A stretch of 64,000 nucleotides of DNA, from contig CAXWPH010000015.1 in assembly GCA_963666055.2 (NCBI GenBank), positions 1,824,001 to 1,888,000 on the forward strand, read 5' to 3'. The position numbers and the translations under genes were made by a program. This document shows, one piece after another, positions 1 to 8,504 of the stretch (position 1 is the stretch's first letter; each line of letters opens with the position of its first letter). The notes under the pieces are model-generated. The model saw only the letters and a program-made list of their open reading frames with translations. It made no database searches and was not told the DNA's origin. Origin of the DNA: Acidobacteriota bacterium (GTDB taxonomy: Bacteria > Acidobacteriota > UBA890 > WLXD01).

Positions 1-1
1 C

Positions 2-574
2 GGGCTTCCGGACTTCACCGCCGCACCGGACCCGACCTACCTGCACGGCATCGGCATGGTCGAGATCGCGCCGAGCCTCGCCTACATGGAGCGGGCGTAC
101 GACGAGGCCAAGTACGGTGGCTTTTCTAGCCGGCCGTACATGGACGTCGTGGTTCCCACCGTCGTCGACCCGTCGATGGCCCCACCGGGCAAGCACGTCA
201 TGTCGATCTTCGTGCAGTACGCCAACTACGAGCTCGCGGACAGCACCTGGGAGGACGAGCGCGAGAACTTCGGCGACGCGGTCGTCGACACACTCGCCGA
301 GTTCGCACCCAATCTCAAGGACCTGATCCTGCACCGTCAGGTGCTCTCACCCTGGGATATCGAGAAAGAGTTCGCCCTTACTACCGGCAACATCTTCCAA
401 GGTGAGCTCACCCTCGATCAGCTGTTCTTCCTGCGACCTGCGGCCGGCTGGGCGCAGCACCGAACACCGATCCGCAACTACTACCAGTGCGGATCGGGTA
501 CGCATCCGGGAGGCGGCATCACCGGCGGCCCCGGCCGCCTCGCCGCTCTGGAAATCCTCCGGAGGACAAGTTGA
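2..574 (+). CDS. Phytoene dehydrogenase-like NAD(P)/FAD-dependent oxidoreductase (5' partial)
   Basis: Open frame from the window edge; C-terminal motifs GNIFQGELTLDQLFFLRP and YYQCGSGTHPGGGITGGPG. Confidence 0.85.
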   Translation, partial: GLPDFTAAPDPTYLHGIGMVEIAPSLAYMERAYDEAKYGGFSSRPYMDVVVPTVVDPSMAPPGKHVMSIFVQYANYELADSTWEDERENFGDAVVDTLAEFAPNLKDLILHRQVLSPWDIEKEFALTTGNIFQGELTLDQLFFLRPAAGWAQHRTPIRNYYQCGSGTHPGGGITGGPGRLAALEILRRTS

Positions 575-2160
575 TGGCCAATCGATTCGACGTTGTCGTG
601 ATCGGCGCCGGCCACAACGGCCTGGTCGCAGCAGCCTATCTGGCAAGGGCGGGACGGCGTGTTCTGGTGCTCGAGCAACGTGACGCGGTCGGCGGGATCG
701 CGGTCACCGAGGAGCTCATTCCCGGCTACCGATTCTCCACCTGCGCCGACGCCGTGTCGTCGTACCTGGCGCCCGAGATCACCCGGGAACTCGGTCTGTC
801 GGGATGCGGCCTCGAGACCATCGAGACCGATCCGGTGCTGCTGTCGCCCCAACCGGACGGTAGCTGCCTGCGGATCTGGCGCGACACTTCGCGCACCGCC
901 TCCGAGATCGAGCGTTACAGCACCGCCGATGCGGCGCGGTATCCGCAGTTCGTCGATCTCATGCAGCGGCTCACGGGCATGCTTCGCGGCCTGCTGGAAG
1001 TAACCCCTCCCGACATCCCGGAGGTGACGGGGCTCGATCTGATCGGCATGCGCGGCCTGCTCGGGCCGCTGCGCAAGATGGGCCGCAAGAACATCCCGGA
1101 GCTCGCCCGGGTACTGCCGATGCCAGCTGCCGACCTCCTCAACGAGTGGTTCGAGTCGGGGGTGGTGAAAGGCGCCATCGCCGCCAGCGGCGTGCGGGCG
1201 ATGACCTGGGGCCCGCGGGAGGCGGGCACCGCCTATCTGCTGCTGCACCGCTGGGCGTGCAGCGACACCGGATTGTTCCGGTGCGGATCGCTGTTGCGCG
1301 GCGGCGCCGGCAAGCTGACCGAGGCGCTCGCCGAGGCAGCGCGCGGCGCTGGCGTCGAGATACGAACGGGCGCGTCCGTCGCCGCCATCGACCAGGTTGC
1401 CGGAGCGGCCACCGGAGTCACACTGCAGAGCGGCGCGTCGATTCCCGCCGGCACTGTGGTGTCGGGCGCCTCGCCGCGCACGACGTTCCTCGAGCTGCTC
1501 GACCCGACGCGCCTGTCGGCCGCGACCGTGCAACACGTGCGCAACATCAAGTACCGGGGATCCAGCGCCCGGGTGCACCTGGCACTGAGCGCACTGCCGC
1601 GATTCACCGGCATCGCCGAGAGCGAGCTGGGCGCCAGCGGACACGTTCAGATTGCCCCGACGATGGACTATCTGCAGCGTGCCTACGATCACGTCAAGTA
1701 CGGCGAGATGTCGGAGCGACCGTATCTGGACGTCTCCGTACCGTCGGTGGCCGATGACACCCTGGCACCCCCCGGCCACCACACCATGTCGATCGCCGTT
1801 CAGTATGCGCCGTATCACATCGAGGGGGGCTGGAACGAAGACCACCGAGCCAGGCTGCTGGACACGGTCCTGGCGACGCTGGGCGAGTACGCGCCGGGAG
1901 CCGGCGACACGGTCGTCGACTCGCACGTGCTGACGCCGACCGACCTGGAAGCGCGCTTCGATCTACCGGAGGGCAACTTGCACCATGGTGAGATGACCCT
2001 CGATCAGCTGCTGTTCATGCGCCCGATCCCGGGCTCCGCACGGTATCGGGCGCCGGTCGAAAACGTCTATCTGTGTGGCTCAGGATGCCACCCGGGGGGC
2101 GTGTTGACCGGATTGCCGGGACGTAACGCGGCGCGACAAATCCTGTCAGGACGCCCGTGA
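574..2160 (+). CDS. Phytoene dehydrogenase-like FAD-dependent oxidoreductase
   Basis: ATG overlaps the upstream TGA (TGATG); N-terminal VVIGAGHNGLVAAAYLA Rossmann motif; C-terminal YLCGSGCHPGG. Confidence 0.88.
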   Translation: MANRFDVVVIGAGHNGLVAAAYLARAGRRVLVLEQRDAVGGIAVTEELIPGYRFSTCADAVSSYLAPEITRELGLSGCGLETIETDPVLLSPQPDGSCLRIWRDTSRTASEIERYSTADAARYPQFVDLMQRLTGMLRGLLEVTPPDIPEVTGLDLIGMRGLLGPLRKMGRKNIPELARVLPMPAADLLNEWFESGVVKGAIAASGVRAMTWGPREAGTAYLLLHRWACSDTGLFRCGSLLRGGAGKLTEALAEAARGAGVEIRTGASVAAIDQVAGAATGVTLQSGASIPAGTVVSGASPRTTFLELLDPTRLSAATVQHVRNIKYRGSSARVHLALSALPRFTGIAESELGASGHVQIAPTMDYLQRAYDHVKYGEMSERPYLDVSVPSVADDTLAPPGHHTMSIAVQYAPYHIEGGWNEDHRARLLDTVLATLGEYAPGAGDTVVDSHVLTPTDLEARFDLPEGNLHHGEMTLDQLLFMRPIPGSARYRAPVENVYLCGSGCHPGGVLTGLPGRNAARQILSGRP

Positions 2161-2217
2161 GGCGGCGGCCCGGCGGAGCAGCATTCCCGAGCGCTGACTG
2201 GTTGCAGCGATGATTGA

Positions 2218-3378
2218 ATGTACAGACTGAGCGAACCAGACCGCGAGATCCAGACACGGGCGCGAGCCTTCGTGCGGGAGCACCTGATTCCGCACGAGGA
2301 GTATGCCGAGGCGCACGAGGGCGAGCTGCCTCCAGGAATGCAGGAGACGCTGCATGCGCGTGTCCTGGAGCTCGGCCTCGGGGCGATCAGCATGCCCGAG
2401 AGCCTCGGCGGCCCCGGCTTCACCCACCTACAGCAGACGCTGATCTCCGAACAGATCGGGGCGGTAACCAACGGTCTGGGCTGGGTCGTCTGGACGCCGC
2501 CCAACTGGATCGTCGACATCGCCACCCGGCATCAACTCGACACCTGGATCGTTCCGACGGTCGAGGGCAGGCGGAGCGAATGCTACGCGATCACCGAGGA
2601 GGGCGCCGGATCCGATGTCGACGCTATCGAGGCCACGGCGGTGCGGGACGGCGACGACTACGTGCTCAACGGCGTCAAGTGGCATGTCACGTCGTACAAC
2701 CACGCCGACTATCTGTTCTTCCAGGCGAAACTGCCGGAAGGTAACCACGCGTTGTTCTTCGTCGACATCGGCACCCCGGGCATCAACGTCGACCGTACGC
2801 CGGCCTACACTCACACCTACTCGCACCATCACCCGATCATCAGCTTCGCCGACGTTCGCGTGCCGGCGACAAATCTTGTCGGCGATGAAGGTGGCGGCAT
2901 GCGGTATGCCCATGCCTGGTTCCGCTACGAGCGCCTGATGATCGCCGCCCGCTGCTGCTGCGGCGCCGCCGAGCGATTGATCGATGAAGCCACGGCCTTT
3001 GCGAAGAAGCGCATCGCCTACGGCCACCCGATCTCCGAGTACCAGGCGATTCAGTTCATGCTCGCCGACTCGATCACCGAGCTGTGGGCAGCACGCCTGA
3101 TGACCTATGAGACGGCGCGCGCGATCGATGCCGGCGCCGACGTCAAGCTGCAACACTCGCAGTGCTCGATGGCCAAGCTGTATGCCTCCGAGATGGCCAA
3201 CCGAGTGGCCGATCGGGCCGTGCAAATCTTCGGCGGGCGCGGCTACATGCGCGAAAACGTCGCCGAGCGCTTTTTCCGCGAGCTGCGGGTGGATCGTATC
3301 TGGGAGGGCACGTCGGAGATCCAGCGGCTGATCATCGCGGCACAGTTGCTCAAGCGTGGCAGCGGCCTCATCGGCTAG
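2218..3378 (+). CDS. Acyl-CoA dehydrogenase
   Basis: YAITEEGAGSD, LNGVKWHVT, AVQIFGGRGY and RIWEGTSEIQR motifs. Confidence 0.92.
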   Translation: MYRLSEPDREIQTRARAFVREHLIPHEEYAEAHEGELPPGMQETLHARVLELGLGAISMPESLGGPGFTHLQQTLISEQIGAVTNGLGWVVWTPPNWIVDIATRHQLDTWIVPTVEGRRSECYAITEEGAGSDVDAIEATAVRDGDDYVLNGVKWHVTSYNHADYLFFQAKLPEGNHALFFVDIGTPGINVDRTPAYTHTYSHHHPIISFADVRVPATNLVGDEGGGMRYAHAWFRYERLMIAARCCCGAAERLIDEATAFAKKRIAYGHPISEYQAIQFMLADSITELWAARLMTYETARAIDAGADVKLQHSQCSMAKLYASEMANRVADRAVQIFGGRGYMRENVAERFFRELRVDRIWEGTSEIQRLIIAAQLLKRGSGLIG

Positions 3379-3450
3379 TTGTGCAGCGGGCTGAAGCCAA
3401 TCTGCCCGGTCCCGAGGCCCCTCCGACCGCTGAGAGCAGGAAGATACGAA

Positions 3451-3485
3451 TCCAACTAGTTGGAGCGGGCATCCAACCATTTGAA
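3451..3485. promoter_or_regulatory. Palindromic operator / upstream activator site pair
   Basis: Perfect 14-bp palindrome TCCAACTAGTTGGA (3451-3464) plus a degenerate copy TCCAACCATTTGAA (3472-3485). Confidence 0.55.
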
Positions 3486-3635
3486 GAGAAAGTTGCTGCG
3501 CGCCTTGAATTCCGGCCTCTGACGCCAAATTTCCCCAAGGACAGGGCCGCGACAACCCGGATTTCGGCCAGATGCAACTGACTCGGACACCCGCGGCCCG
3601 CCGGTGCACCGAAGCTTGGAGAAATCTGCGCAAAA

Positions 3636-3653
3636 CCGGAACGGAGATTGCAT
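3636..3653 (+). promoter_or_regulatory. Putative sigma54 (-24/-12) promoter of the TonB-dependent receptor
   Basis: CCGGAACG-GAGA-TTGCAT; GG-N10-GC spacing matches the TGGCACG-N4-TTGCW consensus, ~50 bp upstream of the ATG. Confidence 0.65.
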
Positions 3654-3701
3654 AAAACTGCTTTGTCTTTGTCCCCAACCCCCCAACAGGGAGGAAACAC
3701 G

Positions 3702-6641
3702 ATGACAGTCCGGCATTTCGGCAGACTCGTAAGCGTCGCCGTGGCAGCGACGTTTATGCTCATCGCTCCCCTCGTTACCACTCAAGCTTTCGCGCAGGGC
3801 GCGATGGCCACGGGTGATATCGAGGGAACCGTCCAAGATCCCGACGGTGCCGGCTTGCCGGGAGCAACGGTCACGATCGAGGGTCAGAACTTGATCCAGG
3901 CCTCGTTGACCAAGGTTACCGGCACCAACGGTGGCTATGTGTTCCGCGCGCTGCGACCGGGCAGCTACACCGTCACGGTGATGATGCCTGGCTTCGGTGG
4001 GCAGATATTCACCGCCTCGGTCCAGACGGGCATCACCGCATCCGTCGACTTCAGCCTCGAACTCGAGGGTGTGTCGGAAACTGTCACCGTCAGCGGTGAG
4101 ACACCGTTGATCGATGTGACCGCGTCCTCGATCAACGCCAACTACGGCGAGGAGCTCATCCAGAACATTCCGATCGCGCGTGAGTTTGTCGCGGTTGGCG
4201 ATCTGACGGCCGGGTTCACCGACCGGGGCGCGTACGGCGCTGGCGCCAACGTCGAGTCTGATGGTACCGGCCGGTATCGTCGTGGCTCGTCGGCCAACGC
4301 CTACAAGCTCAACGGCGTCGACGTGACCGAGCCCGACTGGGGCGCCACGTGGATCAACCCGAGCATCGACACCGTCGCCGAGATTCAGGTGGTCGGTATT
4401 GGTGCATCGGCTGAGTACGGCAACTTCACCGGGGCCACGATCAACATCGTGACCAAGGGTGGCACCAACGAGTTCGCTGGCTCGGCCAACTGGTACTACA
4501 CCGGCGGCGGGCTCCGGGGCGACAACTCCGGTGGCTTCCTCGACTGGAAGCGTGGCGACTTCGAGTTCGACCACGATTTCTCGGCCACGTTCGGCGGACC
4601 CATCATCCGCAACAAGCTGATGGGCTTCGGTAACTACGGCCTGCAGCGCCACAAGGAAGCTGTTTTCGGTTCCGACATCTTCGAGAACACGAAGCGTCAG
4701 CGGTTCCATGGCCGGTTGGACTTCCTCGCCAACGACAAGAACACGTTCGGCATCATGCTCAGCTCGGATCCGGGCACCGACGAGAACCTCGGCCGCAGCG
4801 CTGGTGAAAGCGACGCGATCGGCTACGGGTTCACCTTCGGTTCGCAGACCTGGCTTGCCACCTGGCAGTCGGAGCTCGGCGACGACACGTTCCTGGACTT
4901 CCGCTATGGCGGCTATCTTGGCGACAACTTCCGCTTCGCCAACTCGTGCAATTCGCAGAATGACCGCATCAAGCCGCCTGGATGTAGCCTGCCGGTCATC
5001 AATGCCTGGCAGACCGGTGTTACCTACTCATCCAGCGCCTACAACTGGGATGAGACCAACGGTCGTCACGAGATCAACACCAGCGTGACGCAGTATGTCG
5101 ACGACTTCCTGGGCGGCTCCCACACCCTCAAGATCGGTGCGGAGTACGAAAACACGTGGTCGCTGTTCCTCAGCGATTACGGCCCGGCATGGATCTCGCT
5201 CGGTGACTACTATGGCTATACGTACGCGTATGGCTATACGTACGATGCCCATCTGGATGCCGGCGTGAAGCGCTATGCCGCCTTCGTGCAGGATGACATC
5301 ACGTTCAGCGACAACATCACGGCGAACGTGGGCTTCCGCTTCGACAACCCGCAGATCCACGACAATTGCTGCACGCGCACCGACGCACGGCGTCCGCGCG
5401 CCGGCAATCCCATTGGCACTCCTGCCGGAGACCCCAACTTCAATGGTGGACAGCTCACCAGCTACCAGAACTATGCCCCCCGTATCGGCCTGAACTGGGA
5501 CGTAACGGGTGAAGGTAAGTGGGTTGCCCACGTCGGTTGGGGACGCTACTTCGAGAAGGCGTTGACCTACGGTCCGATCGCGCAGGGCGGCAACGCCTTC
5601 GAGGCGGCGGACGACTACTTCACCTTGTTGCCAGCGGTCGACTACGACACCCTCGACGGTCTCTCTCCGGAGCAGGCCGATGCGCTCGTAGCTTCGATCA
5701 TCAACGCGGATTCGTTCGTTAACCGCTGGGTCAGCGAGCCTCGCGACATCCCCAACAGCTTGAGGATGCCGCGCACCGACGCCTTCAACGTCGGGCTGGA
5801 GGTCGCAGTCGGCCGTGACTACGCGCTGACCGCGGACTACATCTACAAGAGAGACAAGGACTTCCTGATCCAGACTGACATCAACTCACACACGTACGAC
5901 CCCGTGGAGTACACCAACCCTGTGATCGGTACGACGCAGACGGTGTATGTGAGGACGGATGACAATCCGGAAGACCTGTTCATGAACAACGATGATTACT
6001 ATCAACGTAAGCATCACTTGGCCATCTTGTCCTTCCGCAAGCGCCCGAGCGCCGGGTTCAACTTCGATGCGTCGGTTACCTATCAGCGCACGACGGGGAA
6101 CATCGGCAACACGGTGCAGACGAACTGGGGCTTCGCTGCCTTCGGTGAGGCCCAGAAGCCCATGTTCAACGGCCATCCGTTCACGGTCGGTCCGCTGAAC
6201 TTCGACCGCACCTGGCAGTACAAGCTGCTGACGAACTACCGCATGCCGGGCGGGATCCTCGCCAGCACCTACATACAGTCCCTGTCGGGACGTCCGTGGC
6301 AACCGAACCTCCGGGTGCGGGCAACGGGCATCTCCTTCAACGACACGCGCATCCGCAGCATACGCTTGGAGCCGCGGGGTAACCGTCGCGCACCGAGGCA
6401 GTTCAACGTCGACCTGCGGCTGCAGAAGAGCTTCGATGTGGGCAACAACCGCATCGAGCTCATCGGCGACGTGTTCAACCTGACCAACCGCGCCAACCCG
6501 TGGCGCCGCGGTTACGGCAGCGGCGAGGTCGACACCTCGTACGAGTCGACGTACAACCTCGAGGGGGGATCCTCCTTCGGGAAGATACGTTGGCCGTCGA
6601 AGCCCCGCGAGCTCCGCCTAGGTGTGCGCTTCGTCTGGTAG
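3702..6641 (+). CDS. TonB-dependent outer membrane receptor (Oar-like, N-terminal carboxypeptidase regulatory-like domain)
   Basis: RBS GGGAGG; signal peptide; GTVQDPDGAGLPGATV; SAEYGNFTGATINIVTKGGTNEF plug; C-terminal PRELRLGVRFVW. Confidence 0.92.
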   Translation: MTVRHFGRLVSVAVAATFMLIAPLVTTQAFAQGAMATGDIEGTVQDPDGAGLPGATVTIEGQNLIQASLTKVTGTNGGYVFRALRPGSYTVTVMMPGFGGQIFTASVQTGITASVDFSLELEGVSETVTVSGETPLIDVTASSINANYGEELIQNIPIAREFVAVGDLTAGFTDRGAYGAGANVESDGTGRYRRGSSANAYKLNGVDVTEPDWGATWINPSIDTVAEIQVVGIGASAEYGNFTGATINIVTKGGTNEFAGSANWYYTGGGLRGDNSGGFLDWKRGDFEFDHDFSATFGGPIIRNKLMGFGNYGLQRHKEAVFGSDIFENTKRQRFHGRLDFLANDKNTFGIMLSSDPGTDENLGRSAGESDAIGYGFTFGSQTWLATWQSELGDDTFLDFRYGGYLGDNFRFANSCNSQNDRIKPPGCSLPVINAWQTGVTYSSSAYNWDETNGRHEINTSVTQYVDDFLGGSHTLKIGAEYENTWSLFLSDYGPAWISLGDYYGYTYAYGYTYDAHLDAGVKRYAAFVQDDITFSDNITANVGFRFDNPQIHDNCCTRTDARRPRAGNPIGTPAGDPNFNGGQLTSYQNYAPRIGLNWDVTGEGKWVAHVGWGRYFEKALTYGPIAQGGNAFEAADDYFTLLPAVDYDTLDGLSPEQADALVASIINADSFVNRWVSEPRDIPNSLRMPRTDAFNVGLEVAVGRDYALTADYIYKRDKDFLIQTDINSHTYDPVEYTNPVIGTTQTVYVRTDDNPEDLFMNNDDYYQRKHHLAILSFRKRPSAGFNFDASVTYQRTTGNIGNTVQTNWGFAAFGEAQKPMFNGHPFTVGPLNFDRTWQYKLLTNYRMPGGILASTYIQSLSGRPWQPNLRVRATGISFNDTRIRSIRLEPRGNRRAPRQFNVDLRLQKSFDVGNNRIELIGDVFNLTNRANPWRRGYGSGEVDTSYESTYNLEGGSSFGKIRWPSKPRELRLGVRFVW

Positions 6642-6684
6642 ACGAACACACGCCGCGGGCTGAACCCGCGTAGAAGTAGGAGAC

Positions 6685-6724
6685 AGGCCGGCTGTCCGAT
6701 CCGGGCAGCCGGCCTTCTCTTTTT
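6685..6724 (+). terminator. Rho-independent terminator
   Basis: AGGCCGGCTGTCC...GGGCAGCCGGCCT hairpin followed by TCTCTTTTT. Confidence 0.8.
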
Positions 6725-6813
6725 GATCTGAGGCTGGCTGCGCACACTGCTCGTGCACGCACTGTTTCCGTCGTCGAAGCGTTGTCTACCGAGCGCTCGG
6801 ACGCGGTGGCCGG

Positions 6814-8340
6814 CTAGCGACAGGCGGAAACGGCCGCGTACATGGCACGCAGAACCTCTGTGCCGAGCACGAAGCCGCGCTCGTGCAGCTGCTCCCAGAG
6901 CTCGTGCGCCTCGTCGCCGCGACCGCTGCCGTGCAGCGCCAGCACGAGCTCGCGATACCATTCGGCCAGCAACGACACATCTTCCGTGAGCGGCGTAAGG
7001 AGCGCCAGCGCACCAGCGTGATCGCCCTGGCGACGCAACACGATCGCCAGACCGAGACTCGCCCGCTGCTCCCCCGGCGTCCGCCGGAGCGCCGCCCGGT
7101 ACTCGCCGCTCGCCCGCTCCAGATCTCCTCGGAGCAGGAGGCCGCCTGCAGTCCGACGATGCTCCCGAGCATCCGACAGAGCCTTGAAGCGCTCGAGCAA
7201 CGACCCTCCCGCGGAATCTCCCTGTCGCATCAGGATCGTGCCGAGCACGAAAAACGGTTCCGGGTACCATGGATGCTCCTGTACCAAGACCCGCGCCTCG
7301 GCGGCGGCCTCGGCGTTGCGACCAAGCTGCATCAGCAGTCGTGCCCGAAACCCTCTGGCGTTGCGCTCCACGGTGCCGCGGCTCTGTCCCGGCGCCGGGG
7401 TGGCCTCGGCCAGCCCGACGATCGCTTCATCGATCTCCGCCAGAGCATCTTGCACGCGTCCCTCACGGTTGAGCAGTCGCGCTCGCTGGGATCGGGCGGC
7501 GCCGTTATCGGGCTCGCGCGTAAGGATCGCGTCGATCTCCCGAAGCAGCGCGTCGCGGTCGCCGAGCGCATCGAGCTGCACCACGAGCCGCACGCGCGCC
7601 GCCTCCAAATCAGGGGCGATCTCCAAGGCGCGCCGAAACGCCGCGACTGATTCGCGCGGCTGTTGCGCCGCCGCCAGGGCGCTGCCCAACCGCACCCGCA
7701 ACATGGCATCGTCGGGTTGCAGCTCGACGGCCGCCCGCAACCAGCGGGCCGCGGCCTCCGGATCTTCGTCCTCCTCGGCCAGTACGGCGGCGCTGAGAAG
7801 CGGCCTGTCCCAGTCAGGAGCGGCCTCGGCGGCTTTCTCAACGTAGCGGCGTGCCACCTCGAGGCGTCCGAGCCGGTAGCAGAGCTCGCCCCGATAAAAC
7901 GCCGCCGGCGGAAATCCTGGCATGGCGCGCTCGGTCGCGTCGAGGGCCTCGGCGGCCGCCTCCCATTCCTCGAGCTGAAGCCAGACCTGCGCCAACTGGT
8001 AGTGCACACGGCCCGGTTCGGGCGTCTGCTCGAGCGCCGCGATCAGATGCGCCACCGCCTCCTCGGCACGGCCGCCAGCATAGAGAGCGCGACCGAGATG
8101 GTAGCGGACCTGCCAGTTACGCGCCTCCAGTAAAGCCGCGGCTTCGAGCTCCGCGATGGCCTCCTCCAACCGTGCCGCGTTGAGCAGCTGTATGCCGCGT
8201 TGCAATCGGGCATCGACCTCGTCCTGTCCGCTGCCCGGCGCACTGAGCGCCAGCGTGGAGATCAGCGCCAGAGCGATCGCCGTCGACCGCAGGGACGTCG
8301 CGGCGCAGTGCCGGCCGCCGCAATTCCTGACGTCCTCCAT
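6814..8340 (-). CDS. Exported tetratricopeptide repeat protein
   Basis: Signal-peptide-like segment followed by many TPR units (YHLGRALY, YQLAQVW, LGSALAA); start uncertain. Confidence 0.8.
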   Translation of the reverse strand: MEDVRNCGGRHCAATSLRSTAIALALISTLALSAPGSGQDEVDARLQRGIQLLNAARLEEAIAELEAAALLEARNWQVRYHLGRALYAGGRAEEAVAHLIAALEQTPEPGRVHYQLAQVWLQLEEWEAAAEALDATERAMPGFPPAAFYRGELCYRLGRLEVARRYVEKAAEAAPDWDRPLLSAAVLAEEDEDPEAAARWLRAAVELQPDDAMLRVRLGSALAAAQQPRESVAAFRRALEIAPDLEAARVRLVVQLDALGDRDALLREIDAILTREPDNGAARSQRARLLNREGRVQDALAEIDEAIVGLAEATPAPGQSRGTVERNARGFRARLLMQLGRNAEAAAEARVLVQEHPWYPEPFFVLGTILMRQGDSAGGSLLERFKALSDAREHRRTAGGLLLRGDLERASGEYRAALRRTPGEQRASLGLAIVLRRQGDHAGALALLTPLTEDVSLLAEWYRELVLALHGSGRGDEAHELWEQLHERGFVLGTEVLRAMYAAVSACR

Positions 8341-8405
8341 CCTCAACCGAAGTCTGAGCCTCACCGGCAGGATCGCCTCGCATCCACGGGCCGGCGATCT
8401 GGTGA

Positions 8406-8430
8406 GCCGGCCCAGTACACCTATAGACTA
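8406..8430 (+). promoter_or_regulatory. Repeated promoter-like element, copy 1
   Basis: GCCGGCCCAgtaCACCTATAGACTA, 22/25 identical to 11043-11067; contains the -10-like TAGACT. Confidence 0.6.
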
Positions 8431-8504
8431 CATGGATGCCCGTCGGGCAAACCCTGGTCGGAGTGCCGCGCCGCGCATCGCCCGGTGCCGACTCCAAGCC
8501 ATTC

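Noticed and set aside
481-1926. Long antisense and alternate-frame ORFs (e.g. 481-1926, 2428-3678, 3456-4709, 38427-39530, 54140-55591)
   Set aside because: Shadows of well-supported genes in high-GC DNA; Arg/Pro/Gly-rich with no family motifs
2953-2961. (TGC)3 giving ARCCCG in the acyl-CoA dehydrogenase
   Set aside because: At most a one-codon slip; the frame is intact and no functional inference is possible
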